64,000 bases of DNA from an uncultured Gemmatimonadales bacterium (GCA_963708135.1 OY970192.1:928001-992000), one strand, 5' to 3'. Shown: positions 38,795 to 49,250, numbered from the stretch's first letter. Numbers and translations are program-made. Notes: generated by a model not told the origin, from the letters alone.

Positions 38795-39511
38795 TTAGTG
38801 TGGCGCCGCCGTGCGTACGGCGGAGAAGTGGAGCGAGGGGATCTCGAGCTTCAGGACGCGGCCACGATCATCCACCCACACGCTGCGCGCCGGGCTTCCA
38901 GTCGCGGCGACGTCCAGCCGTCGCGCCTGGATCCCGGTGCCGCCCACCTGGACCGACTCCGTGCCGGCCGGCGTCACCGTCGCCATGACCTGGCGGTTTT
39001 CGCGCGGCACCAGGATCGGCACGCGAACCGGCCCGCTGCCGAGGCGCTGCGCGAGGAAATAGTACTGGTGCGCGACGCCCTCGTCCACGAGGATCGCGCC
39101 GTCGCTCGCCAGGTATTCCCGCATCATCTCGCCCGAGGGCGAGAGGATGCGCGCGCTGAACCGACCGCCGACGAGGCGTCCCGCGAGCCTCTCCGGCGAG
39201 GCGCCCTGCACGGTGACCTGGTAGGCGCTGGGGCGCATCGCGCTGCCCCGCAGTTCGAGCGAGGCGTTCACCTCCTGCGCGCCGGCGGTGTCCATCACGA
39301 TCCGCCCCTGTGCGATCACGATCGCGCCCTCGCCCGATCCGTTCTGCCGGATCGAGAAGGTCTCCGTCCCGACCTCCTGGCCCGACGCCATGAGCCGGAA
39401 CACGCCCTCATCGAGCGATACCGTCTGGGCCCGCGCCGGCGCGGCATGCAGCGCGGCGACGAGCGCGAGGACGGCCAGGGTGCCGGCCGGCGGGTTCGAA
39501 TGCACCTTCAT
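38795..39511 (-). CDS. Secreted beta-rich hypothetical protein
   Basis: GGAGG SD; signal peptide ending ARA; VGTETFSI, VWVDDRGRVLKL. Confidence 0.7.
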   Translation of the reverse strand: MKVHSNPPAGTLAVLALVAALHAAPARAQTVSLDEGVFRLMASGQEVGTETFSIRQNGSGEGAIVIAQGRIVMDTAGAQEVNASLELRGSAMRPSAYQVTVQGASPERLAGRLVGGRFSARILSPSGEMMREYLASDGAILVDEGVAHQYYFLAQRLGSGPVRVPILVPRENRQVMATVTPAGTESVQVGGTGIQARRLDVAATGSPARSVWVDDRGRVLKLEIPSLHFSAVRTAAPH

Positions 39512-39635
39512 CGGGCCTCCAGAGACGTTCGAGTCGCGCCCTGATTACCCCCGGGCCGGTGCATTGTTCGCAACCCGCAACCGCAAGCGCGGGCATGGTT
39601 TCGGCCGCGCGGCCCGCGCCGCCTCCCGGCCTGCC

Positions 39636-40379
39636 TCAAAGCGTGTCGCTCTCCTCGGCGGGAGCCTCGAAGACGGCGCGGGCGATCGCGTCCCGGATGC
39701 GCCCGTAGATGCGCTCGCCCTTGGCGGCGCTCGCCGCCGTGGGGACCCCCACGACCCCGGCGCTCCCCTTCGGCGGCGGCACGACGCCGCGCTCGAGGTG
39801 GCGCTCGAGCTCTGCGGGCGGGAGATTGAAGTCGCGGGCCCGATCCATACGCACCAGTTCGGGGTAGAGGTGCAGCATGACGGAGGTTTCCGCCTCCCCG
39901 CCGTGGAGGGGGCCCGGCTGGGCCTCGAGAAGGTCGGCGATGCCGACGTCCCAGGCCTCCACGACGCGGACCCTGGCCTTCCGCGTGATCAGCGTAGTGA
40001 GGGCCTCGAGATGGGGCGCGTAGCGGTGGGCGCTGATCAGCACGAACTCGCCGACGCCGTGGGCCTCCCAGGAATCGAGCAGCTCGTTCAGCGCGCGGTG
40101 CAGCGTCTTCTGCGAGAGCGATGCGGTCCCGGCGAAGGCGCGCTCACCGCTGGCGTTGACGCCGTAGTGGATGGTGGGGGCCCGCAGCGCTCCGAAGGTA
40201 CGCGACAGATCGACGGCCAGGCTGCGGGCTATGAGGACGTTGCTGCCCAGAGGAAGATGCGGCCCGTGTTGCTCGAGGGCGCCGACCGGGATGATGAGCC
40301 TGGGGTCGTGCGCGAGGTGCGCGGCCACGTCGATCCAGCTGAGCTCGTCGATCGCGTGGGACAGCTCGGAGGCATTCAT
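39636..40379 (-). CDS. Creatininase/MftE-family amidohydrolase
   Basis: PVGALEQHGPHLP, FAGTASL, HGGEAETS, LVRMDRA, GVVGVP. Confidence 0.85.
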   Translation of the reverse strand: MNASELSHAIDELSWIDVAAHLAHDPRLIIPVGALEQHGPHLPLGSNVLIARSLAVDLSRTFGALRAPTIHYGVNASGERAFAGTASLSQKTLHRALNELLDSWEAHGVGEFVLISAHRYAPHLEALTTLITRKARVRVVEAWDVGIADLLEAQPGPLHGGEAETSVMLHLYPELVRMDRARDFNLPPAELERHLERGVVPPPKGSAGVVGVPTAASAAKGERIYGRIRDAIARAVFEAPAEESDTL

Positions 40380-40406
40380 TCCTGATCGCCCGATGATGGA
40401 GTTCCG

Positions 40407-43400
40407 TTGAGCGAGGCCGGCCCGAACACCGGCCCGAGGGAGCCGCACGTGCGCCCGCGGCACCGGCTTTCCCCCTTCGCCCTGACCTGGGGCGCGGCCT
40501 ACCTCGCGGCCCTGCTGCTCCTCCTCTGGAGCCGCAACTTGCGCGCGGTCTACCTGGCGGGCGCCGTCGCCATGGCGGCCCTCGCGCTCCCCCTCGGCTG
40601 GCGCGCCCGCGGCCGTCGCGGCGACCCGGCGAGCCTGCCGCTGCTGGGCGCGCTCGCCGGACTGCTTCTCGCGCTGACCGCCGCGGGCGCGACCACTTAC
40701 GAGCTCGGCCGCATCGCGTCACAGTGGGACACTCTGGTGGCGGCGCGCCAGGCCCGCCTCGCGCGCGAGCTGGAGCGGCGGATGAACGCGCTCGTGACGC
40801 AGGGACGCGACGCAGCGGGGCTGGCCGCGGAGGCGGCGGCTGCGCCCGGCCCGCGCGGGCTGTTTGCGGACCTTGCCCGCGTGCGTGACGAGAGCGGCGT
40901 CTCGGCGGTGGCCGTCTTCGACGACGCTGGCGAGCTGATCGCGTGGGCCGGCGACCACCGCGGCCAGCTGCCGGACTCGGTGCGCGTCGGCGCGCAACGC
41001 ATCTTCTACGCCGAACGGCCGCTCTTCAGCTACCTCTATTTCGTCGTGCCGGTCCGCGGCACGGGCGGTCGCGCCGTGGCCGCCGTCCTCATGCAGACGG
41101 GGCTCCCCGCCGGAGTGGCGAGGATCCCCGCGGCGGCGAGCCGGTTCGCCGCCGCCACGGGGGCGCGGCCGCTGTTCGCGCAGGGTGCCGGCGGGCCGGG
41201 TGCGTGGAGCCTGGAGCAGGGTGGCCGCGTGGTCATGCACGCCATGCTGGAGCGGATGACCCAGGCGGATTGGCGGGCGGATGTGGCGGGGCAGGGGAGA
41301 CGGCTCGTGCTGCTGCTCACGGCGCTGGTCATCCTGCTGCTGGTCGCGGCATGGTTGCGCGCCGGCGAGCGGGCGGCCGGGAGCGGGGTGGGCACGGCCG
41401 TGCCGCTCGTGGCCGTGGCGCTCGCGCTGGGTGCCGCTCCGCTGGGCGCCACGCTCGGTGCGGAGGCGCTCTCGTCGCCCGCCTACTTCCTGTTGCCCGG
41501 GCCGGGAGAGCTGTCGCTCGGCATGCTGCTCGCCGTGCTGCTGCCGCTCGCGGCGCTGGCCGCCACGCTCCGCCCGCTGGAGCTCTCCCGCCGCGGTCTC
41601 GCCCTCGTCCTCGCGGCCGGCGGCGTCCTGGTCGGCGCGGGCTTCGTGGCCGGCCTGCGGCTGCTGCTCGAAGCTTCCGCCTCCCCTCTGCTCCAGGCCG
41701 GCGGCTCGCTCTGGCTGGCGCTGCAACCCGCGGCGGTGCTCCTCCTGGCGATGATCGCCGGCCTCGCGCTCGCTGGCGCCGGCACCCGCCCACCCGGGGA
41801 TCGCGGGCGCGAGGGAGTGCGCACGCTGCCGCTGGTCCTGGGCGTCGGGCTCAGTGTCCTGCTCGCCCTGGTCGTGCTGGCGCGCTGGCGCATGGCGCAG
41901 CGCATCGAGGCGTGGCCGGCCGCGCTCTGGGGCGCCGCCTACATTCTCGTCGCGCTGGGGATCGCGTCCTACCACGGGCGGGGCAGCCGGCTGGCGCGCT
42001 GGATGCTCGCCGGCTGGCTCGCCGCGAGCGCGGTGCTGCCGTACCTCTGGGTCGTGCACGTCCAGGCCCGCCTCGAGGACGCGAACCGGGAGCTGGCCAC
42101 GCTGGGCACGCGCCCGGATCCTTTCCTGGACTACCTGCTGCGGCATTTTGCCGCGGAGGCCATTCGGCGCCAGGAGCGCGGCGAGACCGGCGTCGAGCTG
42201 GTCTACCGCACCTGGGTCGCGAGCGGTTTCGCGCGCGAGTCGTACCCTGCGCGGATCACGCTCTGGGATCCGTCCGGGCGCGCGCTGCTGGAGCTCGGGC
42301 TGGGCGGCGCGGCGGGCAACACGCGGCCGGACTCTGCGCCGCCGTTCCTGCGCTCGCTGCTCGACGATGCCCGCACGACGGGCGTTCCCGTGGTCGAGGT
42401 GATCCGCGACGTCCCCGATGTCAATCAGGCCATGGCGGTGCGGCTCAGAGGAGGGGAGGAGCTCTCCGTGGTGGTCCCGCCGCGGCGGACCTTTCAGCGC
42501 TCGACCTTTCTCGCCCCGTTCCTCGGCGGCGGTGAGGCGCAGGCGACGCGGCTCGACCTGGTGCCCGTGAAGGCCGGCGTGCCGCCGCCGCCCCGCCAGA
42601 TCGTCTGGCACCCGGATCCGGACGGCTGGCGCAGCGAGGTGCGCATCCATTTCCCCGAGGGGGATTATCACGCCCACATCCAGGTCGCGCTGCCCTCGGT
42701 CTGGGTGCGCTTCGCCCGCGGCGTGCTGCTCATCGCGCTCGACCTCGGGCTGCTCGCCCTCTTATGGGGTATCGGCCGCGCCGCTCGCGGAGACCTGCCC
42801 GAGCCGCCGGGCGGCTGGGGCGGCCTCGTGCGCGGGTTCCGGTCCCGGCTGACGCTGGCGCTGTTCGCGTTCTTCCTCCTGCCCACCGCCGTATTCGGCT
42901 ACGTGGCGTACCGTGCGCTCGCGGGCGAGGTGCTGCGCTCGGCGCGGGTGGTCGCCGCGCACGCCGTCGCGCAGGCCTCGCGCGATTTCCCGACCGACAA
43001 CGGCGACCTGCGCATCCTCTCGCAGGACGCGGGCGAGGAGATGCTGTACTACCAGGGCGGCGAGCTGATGGCGGCCTCCTCCACGGAGGCCTACGAGCTC
43101 GGGCTCTACAGCACCTGGATGCCGCCTCCCGTCTACGCCACGCTCCAGAGCGGGGAGGAGGTCTCCGCCGTCGAGCCGCAGCGTCTCGCCAGCCATCCCT
43201 ACCTCGTCGCCTACCAGCGGCTGCCGGTGGTCGGCACGCTCGCCGTGCCGGTGCCCCTGGCCGCGGGAGAGACCGCCGTCCGGCAGCGCGAGCTCGAGCA
43301 CCTGATCCTCTTCGCGGCGCTGATCGGCGCGCTCCTCACGCTCGGACTCTCGCTCGCGGTCGGCCGCGCCCTCGCGGGGCCGATCTCGCAGCTAAGACGC

Positions 43401-44231
43401 GCGTCCGCGCTGGTCGGTGCCGGACACCTCAAGGTGCGGCTGCCGGAAGGCCGCGTGGATGAATTCGGCGACCTTTTCGCCTCCTTCAACCGCATGGCCC
43501 GCCGGCTTCGGAGGGCGCGCGCGCAGGAGCTCCAGACCGCCCGGGTGCTGGCCTGGGGCGAGATGGCGCGCCAGGTGGCGCACGAGATCAAGAACCCGCT
43601 CACCCCGATCAAGCTCTCCGTGCAGCACCTGCGGCGCGCCTACGCCGACCGGCGCCCCGACTTCGGGACGATCCTGGACACCAGCGTCGAGCAGATCCTG
43701 GGCGAGATCGACCGGCTGTCGGAGATCGCCCGGGCGTTCTCCCGCTACGGCGCGCCCGCCGGGGCGACGGGTCCGCTGGAGGCGGTGGATGTCCGCTCCG
43801 TCGTCCACGACGCGCTCACTCTGTACGCCGCCAGCGAGTCGAGCGTCCGCTACGAGGAGGACGTGGAGCCCGGCCTTCCGCGAGCCCGCGCGCGCGTCGG
43901 CGAGCTGAAGGAGGTCATCCTGAACCTCGTCGAGAACGCGCGCGCCGCCCTCGACGGACAGGGCCGCATCGCCGTGAGCGCGCGCCCGCTGCCCGAGCGT
44001 CCGGGCATCCTGCTCGAGGTACGCGACGACGGGCCGGGCATCCCGCCGGAGCTCCTCCCGCGCATCTTCGAGCCGCACTTCTCCACGCGCTCGACCGGAA
44101 CCGGCCTCGGGCTGGCCATAGTGAAGCGGCTGGTGGAGGGCTGGGGCGGATCGTTGGCGGTCGAGAGCGAGCCCGGCGAGGGGACGAGGGTTCGGATCCG
44201 GATCCCCCTCGTCGAGGAGCGCGCGGAATAG
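40407..44231 (+). CDS. Large multi-TM HAMP histidine kinase (NtrY-like)
   Basis: Many TMs, HAMP (DEFGDLFASFNRM), H-box RQVAHEIKNPLTP, NLVENA, DDGPG, FEPHFST, GTGLGL. Confidence 0.88.
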   Translation: MSEAGPNTGPREPHVRPRHRLSPFALTWGAAYLAALLLLLWSRNLRAVYLAGAVAMAALALPLGWRARGRRGDPASLPLLGALAGLLLALTAAGATTYELGRIASQWDTLVAARQARLARELERRMNALVTQGRDAAGLAAEAAAAPGPRGLFADLARVRDESGVSAVAVFDDAGELIAWAGDHRGQLPDSVRVGAQRIFYAERPLFSYLYFVVPVRGTGGRAVAAVLMQTGLPAGVARIPAAASRFAAATGARPLFAQGAGGPGAWSLEQGGRVVMHAMLERMTQADWRADVAGQGRRLVLLLTALVILLLVAAWLRAGERAAGSGVGTAVPLVAVALALGAAPLGATLGAEALSSPAYFLLPGPGELSLGMLLAVLLPLAALAATLRPLELSRRGLALVLAAGGVLVGAGFVAGLRLLLEASASPLLQAGGSLWLALQPAAVLLLAMIAGLALAGAGTRPPGDRGREGVRTLPLVLGVGLSVLLALVVLARWRMAQRIEAWPAALWGAAYILVALGIASYHGRGSRLARWMLAGWLAASAVLPYLWVVHVQARLEDANRELATLGTRPDPFLDYLLRHFAAEAIRRQERGETGVELVYRTWVASGFARESYPARITLWDPSGRALLELGLGGAAGNTRPDSAPPFLRSLLDDARTTGVPVVEVIRDVPDVNQAMAVRLRGGEELSVVVPPRRTFQRSTFLAPFLGGGEAQATRLDLVPVKAGVPPPPRQIVWHPDPDGWRSEVRIHFPEGDYHAHIQVALPSVWVRFARGVLLIALDLGLLALLWGIGRAARGDLPEPPGGWGGLVRGFRSRLTLALFAFFLLPTAVFGYVAYRALAGEVLRSARVVAAHAVAQASRDFPTDNGDLRILSQDAGEEMLYYQGGELMAASSTEAYELGLYSTWMPPPVYATLQSGEEVSAVEPQRLASHPYLVAYQRLPVVGTLAVPVPLAAGETAVRQRELEHLILFAALIGALLTLGLSLAVGRALAGPISQLRRASALVGAGHLKVRLPEGRVDEFGDLFASFNRMARRLRRARAQELQTARVLAWGEMARQVAHEIKNPLTPIKLSVQHLRRAYADRRPDFGTILDTSVEQILGEIDRLSEIARAFSRYGAPAGATGPLEAVDVRSVVHDALTLYAASESSVRYEEDVEPGLPRARARVGELKEVILNLVENARAALDGQGRIAVSARPLPERPGILLEVRDDGPGIPPELLPRIFEPHFSTRSTGTGLGLAIVKRLVEGWGGSLAVESEPGEGTRVRIRIPLVEERAE

Positions 44232-44264
44232 CCCGCGGCCGGCTCTCGCCGGGCACACCAGGAA

Positions 44265-44304
44265 AGAGAAGGGCCCGCCGACGGGCGGGCCCTTCTCTCT
44301 CTCT
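44265..44304. terminator. Bidirectional intrinsic terminator between convergent kinase and degP
   Basis: AGAGAAGGGCCCGCC-GACG-GGCGGGCCCTTCTCT with pyrimidine tails. Confidence 0.8.
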
Positions 44305-44352
44305 GCGTCCTCGTCTCGCCGTCTCATGCGGCCCGGTCTGCCGCCCCGTGCC

Positions 44353-45906
44353 TCACTGGCTTGTCTGGTAGTTCGCCACCGTCTCGCCGACCTGCGGATC
44401 GTACAGCCGGAGCGAGATGACCTGGCCCGGCTTGATCGTCGAGGCGATGTGGTCGACGTCCTGCGGCGTACGGACCGACTGGCCGTTGATCGATTCGATC
44501 AGCTGGCCGCGGTGGACGCCCGCCGGGGCGGCGGGGCTGAGCGGCCCCACGCCCGTGACGACCACCCCGGACGTGCGGTTGATCCCGAGCTGCTGCGCGA
44601 TGTCGGCCGTGAGCGGAGCGACGCTGAACCCGAGCGTCTGCTCGGCGGCCGGCCGCGCCGGCTGCGTCTGCTCCTTCGCGTTGCTTGTCTCGAACTGAGC
44701 GAGCTTCACCTTCAGGTTCATCTTACGCTTGTCGCGGTAGACGGTGAGCGTCACCTCGTCGCCGGGCTGGTACTCGGCGAGCCGCGTCGTGAGGCCGTTG
44801 GTCTGGGTCACCGGCTTGCCGTTCACGCCCCACACCACATCGCCCAGCTTGAGCCCTGCCTGCGCGGCGGGCGTGCCGTCCTGAACGGACTTGATCACGT
44901 AGCCCTGCACCTCCGGCAGGCCGTAGACCTCCGCGTCCGCCGCCGTTACGGGCGTCACCGAAACGCCCAGGCGCGGACGGTGCACCACGCCGTACTTCAT
45001 GAGGTCGGTCGCGACCTTCGAGGCCAGGTTGATCGGGATCGCGAAGCCCGCTCCCGAGAAAACGCCCGTGGGCGACTCGATCGCCGCGTTGATGCCGATC
45101 ACGCGGCCGAGCAGGTCCACCAGCGGGCCGCCCGAGTTGCCCGGATTGATCGCGGCGTCGGTCTGGATGTAGGACTCGATCGTCGAGGTCGGACCGGTCT
45201 GGCCCTCCTTCTGCGCGAGGATCCCGATCTGGCGCCCCTTGGCGCTCACGATCCCCGCCGTGACCGTGAACTGCAGCTCGAGCGGATTACCCAGCGCGAG
45301 CACCCAGTCGCCGACCTGCGCGTTGTCCGAGTTGCCGAGCTGCACCGTGGGCAGCTGCTCCCCGTTCTTCGGCGTGATCTTGATCACCGCGATGTCCGTG
45401 TCCGGGTCCCGGCCCACGACCTTCGCGTTGTAGACACGCCCGTCCGCCGTCTGCACCGTGACCTCGGTCTCGTTCTCGACCACGTGGTTGTTCGTCATGA
45501 TGTAGCCACGGGGATCGAAGATGAAGCCGGAGCCCGCCTGCTCGCCTTGCCGCGGCTGCTGCGGGGCGGGGAACTGGAAGAACCCGGGCGGCAGACCCGG
45601 AATGTTGGCGTGCGGATTCTGCGCGACCTCCTGCACGCGGACCCTGATGAAGACGACCGCCGGCAGCGCACGGGCCGCCGCGGCGCGGAACGTCCCGGAC
45701 AGCTTCGCGGCCGTCGCGGTGTCGACCACCGCGGGGACCTTGCCCAGCTCCTGCTCGACCCGCTCCTGCGCCTGCTGCGGGTTCTGCGCCTGCGCCATCT
45801 CGCCGGAGCCGCACGCCGCGAGCATCACCGCGACCCATGCGACGATCGCGCGCCGAGCCGTCGTCGCGAGTCTCGCCATCCACACCTCCCGATCTGCACC
45901 GAACAT
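44353..45906 (-). CDS. degP: HtrA/DegP serine protease with 2 PDZ, probable lipoprotein (alt. start 45879)
   Basis: LAAC lipobox; GSGFI, TNNHVV, DIAV, QTDAAINPGNSGGPL; two PDZ domains. Confidence 0.9.
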   Translation of the reverse strand: MFGADREVWMARLATTARRAIVAWVAVMLAACGSGEMAQAQNPQQAQERVEQELGKVPAVVDTATAAKLSGTFRAAAARALPAVVFIRVRVQEVAQNPHANIPGLPPGFFQFPAPQQPRQGEQAGSGFIFDPRGYIMTNNHVVENETEVTVQTADGRVYNAKVVGRDPDTDIAVIKITPKNGEQLPTVQLGNSDNAQVGDWVLALGNPLELQFTVTAGIVSAKGRQIGILAQKEGQTGPTSTIESYIQTDAAINPGNSGGPLVDLLGRVIGINAAIESPTGVFSGAGFAIPINLASKVATDLMKYGVVHRPRLGVSVTPVTAADAEVYGLPEVQGYVIKSVQDGTPAAQAGLKLGDVVWGVNGKPVTQTNGLTTRLAEYQPGDEVTLTVYRDKRKMNLKVKLAQFETSNAKEQTQPARPAAEQTLGFSVAPLTADIAQQLGINRTSGVVVTGVGPLSPAAPAGVHRGQLIESINGQSVRTPQDVDHIASTIKPGQVISLRLYDPQVGETVANYQTSQ

Positions 45907-45942
45907 GACTCCCTCTCCTTGGAGTTGTCATCTGACACCGGG

Positions 45943-45960
45943 CTGCACGGCGCGTGCCTG
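45943..45960 (-). promoter_or_regulatory. sigma54-like / shared 18-bp motif upstream of degP
   Basis: Minus strand CAGGCACGCGCCGTGCAG, GG-N10-GC. Confidence 0.45.
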
Positions 45961-46150
45961 TCAACTCGTTCGCGCCGTCCTTGCCGGGACCGTCCCCGGC
46001 CCGAGCCCGGACCCGGGTCTCTGTTTCGCCCGGGAGCCCCCGTTTGTTCCACTGTTCCGCCGATTCCCCCGCTGGCCCCCTGCACCGGGCCCCGTTAACT
46101 TGGCGCCCGCCCACACTTTGATGCATTCCGTCCCGCAGGAGTCGAGGCCA

Positions 46151-47533
46151 ATGCGCGCGCGCCCGGATCCCATCCCCTCGCAGCCGCTGCTGCGCTCCGC
46201 CGCCGAGCGAGCGATTCGCTACCTCGACGGGATTCGCGAGCGGCCGGTGCCACCCGCGGCGGACGCGCTCCTCGGCCTCGCGCGCTTCGACGAGCCGTTC
46301 CCGGCCGCTCCCACGGCCCCCATGGAGACGCTCGCGCTGCTGGACGAGGTGGGCTCCCCCGCGACTGTCGCGACCACGGGGGGCCGCTTCTTCGGCTGGG
46401 TGGTCGGCGGTGCGCTCCCGGCCACCGTCGCCGCCAGCTGGCTCGCGGCCGCCTGGGACCAGAACGCCGGCGCCGTGGCGCTGGCCCCCGCGTGCGCCGC
46501 CATCGAGGAGACCGCGCTGCGCTGGGTCCTGGATGCGCTCAGGCTGCCCGAGGACGCGGGCGTCGGCTTCGTGACCGGCGCGACAATGGCCAATCTGTGC
46601 GGGCTGGCGGCGGCGCGGCACGCGCTGCTCGCGCGGCGCGGCTGGGACGTGGAGGCGCGCGGGCTCTTCGGCGCTCCGGAGCCGAGGGTCGCCGTCGGCG
46701 GGGAGGTGCACGTCAGCGTGCTCAAGGCCCTCGGCCTGCTCGGGCTGGGGAGGCAGCGGGTGGTGCGCGTGCCCGTGGACGGACAGGGGCGCATGCGGGC
46801 CGACCGGCTGCCGCCCCTGGACGACACGACTATCGTCTGCATCCAGGCGGGCAACGTGGACACGGGCGCGTTCGATCCGGCCGCCGAGGTGTGCGCCGCG
46901 GCGCGCGAGGCCGGCGCCTGGGTCCATGTGGACGGCGCGTTCGGGCTGTGGGCCCGCGCCTCGGAGGCGCGCGAAACGCTGACCCGCGGCTTCGACGCCG
47001 CCGACTCCTGGGCCACCGACGCGCACAAGTGGCTGAACGTGCCGCAGGACTGCGGGATCGTGATCTGCCGCGAGCCGGCCCACCTGCGCGACGCCATGGC
47101 CGTGAGCGCCGGCTACCTGGTCTTCGGCCAGGCACGCGAGCCCTACGAGTACACGCCGGAGATGTCGCGCCGGGCCCGCGGGCTCGAGGTGTGGGCCGCG
47201 CTGCGCTCGCTCGGCCGGGCCGGCCTCTCCGAGCTCGTCGAGCGCTGCTGCCGCCACGCCTCCCGGTTCGCCGAGGGCCTGAGCGCCGCCGGATACGAGG
47301 TGCTGAACGACGTCGTGCTGAACCAGGTGCTCGTCTGCTTCGGGGACGCCGAGGCCACGCGGCGCGTGATCTCCGCGCTCCAGGGGGATGGCACCTGCTG
47401 GTGCGGCGGCACGACCTGGCAGGGTCGCACCGCCATGCGCGTGAGCGTCGTCTCGTGGGCGACCACCGACGAGGACGTCGAGCGCAGTCTGGCCGCCATG
47501 CTCCGCGTCGCGCGCGAGTCCGGCGCCGGCTAG
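46151..47533 (+). CDS. Group II PLP-dependent decarboxylase (aromatic amino acid/DDC family)
   Basis: RFFGWVVGG, WDQN, FVTGATMAN, HVDGAFG, TDAHKWL (PLP Lys), SRRARG. Confidence 0.88.
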   Translation: MRARPDPIPSQPLLRSAAERAIRYLDGIRERPVPPAADALLGLARFDEPFPAAPTAPMETLALLDEVGSPATVATTGGRFFGWVVGGALPATVAASWLAAAWDQNAGAVALAPACAAIEETALRWVLDALRLPEDAGVGFVTGATMANLCGLAAARHALLARRGWDVEARGLFGAPEPRVAVGGEVHVSVLKALGLLGLGRQRVVRVPVDGQGRMRADRLPPLDDTTIVCIQAGNVDTGAFDPAAEVCAAAREAGAWVHVDGAFGLWARASEARETLTRGFDAADSWATDAHKWLNVPQDCGIVICREPAHLRDAMAVSAGYLVFGQAREPYEYTPEMSRRARGLEVWAALRSLGRAGLSELVERCCRHASRFAEGLSAAGYEVLNDVVLNQVLVCFGDAEATRRVISALQGDGTCWCGGTTWQGRTAMRVSVVSWATTDEDVERSLAAMLRVARESGAG

Positions 47534-47699
47534 CCGCCTCGGGCTCGATCCGGGCGGCGACGGTGGGGCCGCGTGCTCCACCGCGCTGCGGCTCCTTCCT
47601 GCCCATCCCGCCATTCCTTCGCCCCGCCCGCCCCGCGATCCTCGTGCGTCCGCGCGCGCCGCGGACCGAATTCTCCCGCTTCTCTCGCCGGAGGTTGCG

Positions 47700-49241
47700 A
47701 TGCTCGCGCAGGTCACCAGCGGCGCCGTTCTCGGGGTCGACGCCTATCTCGTGCAGGTCGAGGTCGATCTCGGCCGCGGGCTGCCGGGGATGTGCGTCGT
47801 GGGCCTGCCCGAGGGCGCCGTGCGCGAGGGGCGGGAGAGGGTCACGGCGGCGCTGGCGAACGCCGGCTTCGAGGTGCCGCCCCGTCGCATCACGGTGAAC
47901 CTCGCCCCGGCGGACATCCGAAAGGATGGCAGCGCATTCGACCTGCCGATTGCGCTCGGGCTGCTGGCGGCCAGCGGCGCGGTGCCCGCCGCGGCGCTCG
48001 CGTCCGCCTGCTTCGCGGGTGAGCTGGGGCTGGACGGTGAGCTGCGGCCCGTCCGCGGCCTCCTGCCGCTGGCCGTCCGCTGCGCGGACGAGGGACTCGA
48101 GGTGCTGGTCGTGCCGGAGGCCAACGCGGCGGAGGCGGCCGTGGTCGAGCGGCTGTGCGTCCTGCCCGCCCCGAGCCTGGCCGCGGTCGTGGCACACCTG
48201 CGCGGTCGGACCCCCCTGGTCCGTGCGGCGCCGCCACGACCGGACGCGTGGGCGCCCGATCCGTCCGGCCACGCCGTCGACTTCGCCGATGTGCGAGGGC
48301 AGGAGCACGCCAAGCGGGCGCTGGAGATTGCGGCGGCCGGGTCCCACAACGCGCTCCTCGTCGGACCACCGGGAGCAGGCAAATCGATGCTGGCGCGCCG
48401 ACTCCCCACCATCCTCCCGCCGTTCGCGCGCGAGGAGGCGCTGGAGGTCACCAAGATCCACTCGGTGGCCGGGCGGCTCCGGCCCGGCCAGGCGCTCGTC
48501 CGGGAGCGGCCGTTCCGCGCGCCGCACCACAGCATCTCGGACGCCGGCCTGGTCGGCGGCGGCGGCCTGCCGCGGCCCGGAGAGGCGTCGCTCGCGCACG
48601 GCGGCGTGCTCTTCCTCGACGAGCTGCCGGAGTTTCGCCGGCACGTGCTCGAGGCGCTCCGCCAGCCGCTCGAGGACGGTGCCGTGCAGATCGGCAGGGC
48701 GCGCCTCAGCGTGCTCTACCCCGCGCGCTTCATGCTCGTGGCCGCCATGAACCCGTGTCCCTGCGGGTTCCACGGCACCGGCGACGCGCGCTGCATCTGT
48801 CATCCGGTGGCGGTGGAGCGCTACCTCGGCCGCGTCTCCGGACCGCTGCTGGACCGGATCGACCTCCACGTCGAGCTGCCGCCAATCGAGGCCCGGACCC
48901 TGACGGCCCGCCGGGAGGGCGAGGCGAGCGCCGCGGTGCGGGAGCGCGTAGTGGCCGCCAGGGAGCGGCAGCTGAGCCGCTTCGGGGGCCACGCCGGCGT
49001 GTTCGCGAATGCCCACATGGGACCGCGGGAGGTGCGCCGGCACTGCGTGCTGGACGAGGCGGGCGAGACGCTCGTCCGGGCCGCCATCGAGCGGCTCGGG
49101 CTCTCGGGGCGCGCCTACCATCGCGTACTTCGCCTCGCCCGCACGATCGCCGATCTGGCGGGCGCGGACCGGATCGCCGCGGCTCATGTGGCCGAAGCGG
49201 TGCAGTACCGTGCGCTCGACCGCAGCCCGGTGCGCGCCTGA
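47700..49241 (+). CDS. comM: YifB/ComM Mg-chelatase-like AAA+ ATPase
   Basis: ITVNLAPADIRKDG, GPPGAGKSM, PFRAPHH, GVLFLDELPEF, AMNPCPCG, SGPLLDRID. Confidence 0.93.
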   Translation: MLAQVTSGAVLGVDAYLVQVEVDLGRGLPGMCVVGLPEGAVREGRERVTAALANAGFEVPPRRITVNLAPADIRKDGSAFDLPIALGLLAASGAVPAAALASACFAGELGLDGELRPVRGLLPLAVRCADEGLEVLVVPEANAAEAAVVERLCVLPAPSLAAVVAHLRGRTPLVRAAPPRPDAWAPDPSGHAVDFADVRGQEHAKRALEIAAAGSHNALLVGPPGAGKSMLARRLPTILPPFAREEALEVTKIHSVAGRLRPGQALVRERPFRAPHHSISDAGLVGGGGLPRPGEASLAHGGVLFLDELPEFRRHVLEALRQPLEDGAVQIGRARLSVLYPARFMLVAAMNPCPCGFHGTGDARCICHPVAVERYLGRVSGPLLDRIDLHVELPPIEARTLTARREGEASAAVRERVVAARERQLSRFGGHAGVFANAHMGPREVRRHCVLDEAGETLVRAAIERLGLSGRAYHRVLRLARTIADLAGADRIAAAHVAEAVQYRALDRSPVRA

Positions 49242-49250
49242 GGCGCCCGC

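Noticed and set aside
40388..40450. Fluoride riboswitch-like GATGGAGTTC
   Set aside because: The required 3' TGATGACTCC-like segment is absent; GGAG is better explained as the kinase SD
46021..46060. ECF promoter GGAAC-N17-CGAAA upstream of degP
   Set aside because: The -10 match is too weak to call without a model
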